Made by a program: the position numbers and the translations under genes. From the IMG/VR virus record IMGVR_UViG_3300044545_000147: a DNA stretch of 30,910 bases; one strand, given 5' to 3'. The notes beneath the pieces were generated by a model that was given only the letters and a program-made list of their open reading frames with translations, was not told the origin of the DNA and did not search any database. Position 1 is the stretch's first letter; every line of letters starts with the position of its first letter. The stretch comes from an uncultured virus (IMG/VR IMGVR_UViG_3300044545_000147). Taxonomy: Duplodnaviria; Heunggongvirae; Uroviricota; Caudoviricetes. Below, piece after piece: positions 27,171 through 30,910 of the stretch.

Positions 27171-27743
27171 ATGCAAAAATATCAGAAATACATTGCCATA
27201 GCGAAAAAGGCAGGTTATGTGATAGTCCTCCTGTATATCCTGATCTCCGGATATCTGCTGTATACGAAATATCATGCTGGTGGAAGCAATAATACAGTTA
27301 AGCAATTAACAGAGAAGCAGGTGACAGATCAGTCCAGCGTGAAAAAGGCACTAGATGTGTCTGGAACTGAAGCGAAAGAAATTGTAGAGAAAGTGGAGAC
27401 AGTGAAGGAACCGGAAGCGATCTATACAGTAGAGGCATCGACGGTGGCCTCCGCAGCAGAAAAAGTAACGGACCAGATCAAGAACAATGATTCTGCAATA
27501 CCTAAAGCAGCTACGGAAAAAACAGACCGAACCGCCGTTGTGGCAAACCAGACAGAACAGAAAGTAGATGTCTACAAAATTAACCTCCGCAATAACCACA
27601 AAATCAAGGCCGGCGTATCCTATATAGATCATAAAACTTATGCCAACGTGGGATACCAGGCCGGAAAGGTAGAGGTCATCGGGCATTACGGCGGAGAAAA
27701 TAGGAAGGGAGTGTCGGTGATGTACACGCTGAAGGAGTGGTGA
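27171..27743 (+). CDS. Membrane protein, candidate spanin-like lysis protein
   Basis: N-terminal TM (GYVIVLLYILISGYLLY), hydrophilic linker, C-terminal beta-strands ending in W; follows endolysin. Confidence 0.7.
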   Translation: MQKYQKYIAIAKKAGYVIVLLYILISGYLLYTKYHAGGSNNTVKQLTEKQVTDQSSVKKALDVSGTEAKEIVEKVETVKEPEAIYTVEASTVASAAEKVTDQIKNNDSAIPKAATEKTDRTAVVANQTEQKVDVYKINLRNNHKIKAGVSYIDHKTYANVGYQAGKVEVIGHYGGENRKGVSVMYTLKEW

Positions 27744-27765
27744 GCAGGAGGTGATCCGAATCTAC

Positions 27766-27791
27766 GAGGGGTTAATAGCCCCTCTTTTTTT
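27766..27791 (+). terminator. Rho-independent terminator ending the late operon
   Basis: GAGGGGTT-AAT-AGCCCCTC stem followed by T7. Confidence 0.88.
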
Positions 27792-27918
27792 ATTGTGTGC
27801 TTATGTGATAAACTATGGTCAATATGAATATTTTGTACTGAATAGAGTGTGAATTAATTTAGCGGATCAATGATCCTGTCCTGCACAGCCGGGTTTAGTA
27901 TAAGAAGGTGGAGGATTG

Positions 27919-29847
27919 ATGGCAAAGAAAGAAGTGCGAACCGATCTTTGGGTTGCAAAGCAACTCGATGAATGCGGCATTAAATTTGATGCTCAGGGAA
28001 GCGATGTAAAGGAGCTTGATGAAGCTCTGAAGACGGCATCCAAGCGTGGGACGGGGAAGGTAGGATACCCAGAATACGTAGCCGTCATCGGTGATTTTGT
28101 CCTCGTCATCGAGGACAAGGCCGCATTGGACAAGCAGGCGAACCTGACAGAGAAGGGAATCATCGCGACGGACACGAAGTCCGTTACAGACTACGCGGTG
28201 AACGGGGCTTATTTTTATGGCAAGCATATCGCACAAAATAGCTCTTTTAAGAAGGTGTTTGCAGTTGGCGTTTCAGGTGATGAAAAACATCATATAATTA
28301 CACCATTATGGGTTGATGATCGTGAAGGATATGAACAATTGCCTAATGTGGAATCGTTCTTCTGGTTCTCGCCTGGCAATATTCGTGAGTATTACACACG
28401 TTACGTTTTAGAGGAGGCTACTGACGTTGAGAAGACAACGGAGCAGATCCTGAAAGACGCAGCGGAGCTTCACGAGTACCTGCGTACATACGGAACGTTG
28501 AAAGATCAAGATAAGCCTCTAGTTGTTGCGGGTATTCTTCTAGCTCTCGATGAAATCGAGTATGGTGGGTTCAACATTGATTTGCTGACTGGTGACCAGA
28601 TTGCGGGAAATCGTGACGGCGACAAGCTGATGAACGCCATTAAGACGCGCCTCACGCGTTCCAATGTTGGGCCGGATGCAAAGAAGGACAAGCTTCTTGC
28701 TGAGTTTGCAATCTTGCAGACCAGCTTCCGCCTGAACGAGGTCAACGGCGCGCTGGGCAAGACGCCGCTGAAGTATTACACGGAGTTCCTGTACGAGCAT
28801 GTCTTCAAGAACATCAAGTACCAGAAGACCTCCGAGGACTTTATTGGACGCTTCTATGGCGAATTCATGAGCTATTCCGGTGGCGACGGTCAGACTCTCG
28901 GAATTATCCTGACACCGCGCCACATCACCGAGCTCATGTGTGAGCTAGTGGACATTCATTCCGACGACGTGGTGCTCGACCCGACGTGCGGAACGGCGGG
29001 ATTCCTGATTTCTGCCATGCACAAGATGCTTTCCATGGCGGACAGCGAGCTGCAGCGCAAGAACATTAAGAAGGAGCAGCTTCACGGTTTCGAGCTTCAG
29101 AGCAACATGTTCGCGGTTGCCGCCGCGAATATGATTTTGCGCCGCGACGGTAACAGCAACATTGAGTGCAGTGACTTTCTGGCCAAGAACCCGGCACAGG
29201 TGCAGCTGAAGGGTGCCACGGTCGGCTTGATGAATCCTCCGTATTCACAGGGCACCAAGGCTGACCCGAGCCAGTACGAGCTGTCATTCATCGAGCACAT
29301 GCTGGATTCATTGACGGTCGGAGCCCGTGCCGCTGTCATCGTCCCTCAGTCATCCATGACGGGCAAGTCCAAGGCTGAGCAGGCGTTCAAGTACGCAATC
29401 ATGAAGCATCATACGCTTGAGGGCGTCATTACCTGCAACACGGACACATTCTACGGAGTCGGCACGAACCCGGTAATCGCCGTGTTCACGGCGCACGAGC
29501 CGCACGACAATGAACACGTATGCAAGTTCATCGACTTCCGAGACGATGGTTACGAGGTCAGGGCGCATGTCGGTCTGGTCGAGGGAGACTCTGCCAAGGA
29601 CAAGCGTCAGCACATGCTGGATGTCTGGTTTGGACGCGTCGAGGCACCATCGAAGTTCTGCGTCGAGTCAACGGTCGAGCCGGACGACGAGTGGCTGCAC
29701 AGCTTCTACTACTTCAATGACGAGATTCCGACCGATGCAGACTTCGAGAAGTCCATCGGCGACTACCTGACGTTCGAGTTCTCTATGGTCATGCAGAACC
29801 GCGAGTATCTGTTCGAGGGAGGCACTGACGATGGAAAGACTGAGTGA
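27919..29847 (+). CDS. Fused endonuclease/N6-adenine methyltransferase, BcgI-alpha-like (Type IIB-like RM)
   Basis: N-terminal GYPE...VIEDK (PD-(D/E)xK-like), motif I LDPTCGTAGFL, motif IV NPPY, LTPRHIT; about 640 aa. Confidence 0.88.
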   Translation: MAKKEVRTDLWVAKQLDECGIKFDAQGSDVKELDEALKTASKRGTGKVGYPEYVAVIGDFVLVIEDKAALDKQANLTEKGIIATDTKSVTDYAVNGAYFYGKHIAQNSSFKKVFAVGVSGDEKHHIITPLWVDDREGYEQLPNVESFFWFSPGNIREYYTRYVLEEATDVEKTTEQILKDAAELHEYLRTYGTLKDQDKPLVVAGILLALDEIEYGGFNIDLLTGDQIAGNRDGDKLMNAIKTRLTRSNVGPDAKKDKLLAEFAILQTSFRLNEVNGALGKTPLKYYTEFLYEHVFKNIKYQKTSEDFIGRFYGEFMSYSGGDGQTLGIILTPRHITELMCELVDIHSDDVVLDPTCGTAGFLISAMHKMLSMADSELQRKNIKKEQLHGFELQSNMFAVAAANMILRRDGNSNIECSDFLAKNPAQVQLKGATVGLMNPPYSQGTKADPSQYELSFIEHMLDSLTVGARAAVIVPQSSMTGKSKAEQAFKYAIMKHHTLEGVITCNTDTFYGVGTNPVIAVFTAHEPHDNEHVCKFIDFRDDGYEVRAHVGLVEGDSAKDKRQHMLDVWFGRVEAPSKFCVESTVEPDDEWLHSFYYFNDEIPTDADFEKSIGDYLTFEFSMVMQNREYLFEGGTDDGKTE

Positions 29848-30910
29848 GAAGGAATGGGGGCATTTTCTCATTCCTGACGTTTTCCCGATTATACGGCGCG
29901 GGAAGCGCCTGAAGAACGCCGACCATGTGCCGGGCATCATTCCTTATGTCTCATCGACTGCAAAGAACAATGGCGTTGATGATTACATTGAAGCAATATC
30001 AGGCACGCGTTCGTTCAGCGACTGCATTAGCCTCGCGAATAGCGGGAGTGTGGGAACAGCGTTCTATGAACCGTTTGAGTTCGTTGCGAGCGACCATGTG
30101 ACGAGCTTGAAACGTGAGAGAACGTCAAAGTTCGTGTATCTCTTCCTTGCGACGACAATCGATCGTCAGGGGTCGAATTTCAACTTCAACCGTGAGATAA
30201 ATGACGCAAGAATCAAGAAGATGCAGGTGATGCTTCCTGTCGATGACAAGGGCGAGCCTGACTATGCCTACATGACGATTTACTCCACTAAAGTGAGGCG
30301 GGGTATGCTCATGCGTTATAAGAACTTTATCGCTGCGCAACTCTCCCGGCTGGAATACAAGGACATACCGGCTCTTGTCGAGAAGGAATGGGATGAATTT
30401 TTCATTGGTGATTTATTCACAGTGAGCCGCCCAAAGGCGAGAAACAAGGATGATTACGATTTCGGCGATACACCATTCGTGGCTTCTGGCGCTTTGAATA
30501 ATGGCGTGATGAAGTGCTGTGATGTAAAGCCAGATGAATCATTGGACGCTGGCAATTGCATTACCGTAAGCCCTGTAGACGGTAGAGCTTTCTATCAACC
30601 GATGGATTTTCTTGGGCGTGGTGGCGCTGGGTCGTCAATTTTGATGCTGCGTAGTGATTGGCTTAATCTTTATTTGGGACAATTCATCGCAAGAACAGTG
30701 CAGCAAACCTGCTCGAAGTATACCTATGGGCACATGGGCAACAAAGACAGCATCAAAAGGGAACGTATTATGCTACCTGCGACCGATGCGGGAAAGCCTG
30801 ATTACGAGTATATGGATCAGTATGTGAAGAATACGATGCTACGCAAGTATGAGCAGTATTTACGGTTCATAAATATAATTTCAAGCCATAAGAAAAAATC
30901 GAATAAATAG
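29831..30910 (+). CDS. Two-TRD specificity subunit (BcgI-beta/HsdS-like)
   Basis: Duplicated EKEW..F.I.D.F ... MLP..D.G.PDY.YM halves; overlaps the MTase stop; stop codon is the last codon of the window. Confidence 0.88.
   Translation: MERLSEKEWGHFLIPDVFPIIRRGKRLKNADHVPGIIPYVSSTAKNNGVDDYIEAISGTRSFSDCISLANSGSVGTAFYEPFEFVASDHVTSLKRERTSKFVYLFLATTIDRQGSNFNFNREINDARIKKMQVMLPVDDKGEPDYAYMTIYSTKVRRGMLMRYKNFIAAQLSRLEYKDIPALVEKEWDEFFIGDLFTVSRPKARNKDDYDFGDTPFVASGALNNGVMKCCDVKPDESLDAGNCITVSPVDGRAFYQPMDFLGRGGAGSSILMLRSDWLNLYLGQFIARTVQQTCSKYTYGHMGNKDSIKRERIMLPATDAGKPDYEYMDQYVKNTMLRKYEQYLRFINIISSHKKKSNK

Larger units (their letters stand above)
1..27791 (+). mobile_element. Prophage/temperate myovirus late region (packaging, head, contractile tail, lysis); extends beyond the left edge; the RM pair at the right may also belong to it
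   Basis: Contiguous, translationally coupled + strand genes in canonical order terS-terL-portal-MuF-protease-capsid-neck-sheath-tube-TMP-baseplate-fibres-lysis. Confidence 0.95.

Noticed and set aside
27792..27915. attR or RM promoter in the gap before the RM genes
   Set aside because: No partner repeat in the window to define an att core, and only weak promoter-like hexamers
370..30340. Numerous minus-strand and alternate-frame ORFs in the track
   Set aside because: All overlap well-supported + strand genes and have no recognisable motifs

Overview
The window is the complete late (virion morphogenesis and lysis) region of a temperate contractile-tailed (myovirus-type) phage or prophage of a Firmicutes host. 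A diderm Negativicutes host is suggested by the lysis cassette, but that is inference. All credible genes are on the + strand, in this order: end of the early/middle region (Lar-like zinc-finger protein, ArpU/RinA-like late activator with phased repeats and a late promoter), an AT-rich moron, terS, PBSX-type terL, DUF1073 portal, MuF, DUF2213 protease/scaffold, cement and DUF2184 capsid, neck genes, DUF3383 sheath, tube, frameshifting tail chaperone, tape measure with lysozyme domain, baseplate, several fibre genes, a five-gene lysis cassette, and a BcgI-like (Type IIB-like) restriction-modification pair. No integrase or att site is visible. Most interesting: (1) the portal carries a probably cleavable, AT-rich C-terminal BECR-type RNase domain, and directly behind it a roughly 95-nt antisense RNA unit with its own extended -10 promoter, hairpins and terminator (candidate virion-delivered RNase plus RNA antitoxin or regulator); (2) a post-endolysin protein with an N-terminal membrane helix and a C-terminal four-beta-strand anchor ending in Trp (candidate unusual unimolecular spanin); (3) an unannotated -1 frameshift product, a nested scaffold start and a candidate pac palindrome. 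Family assignments come from motif recognition only; no searches were run.
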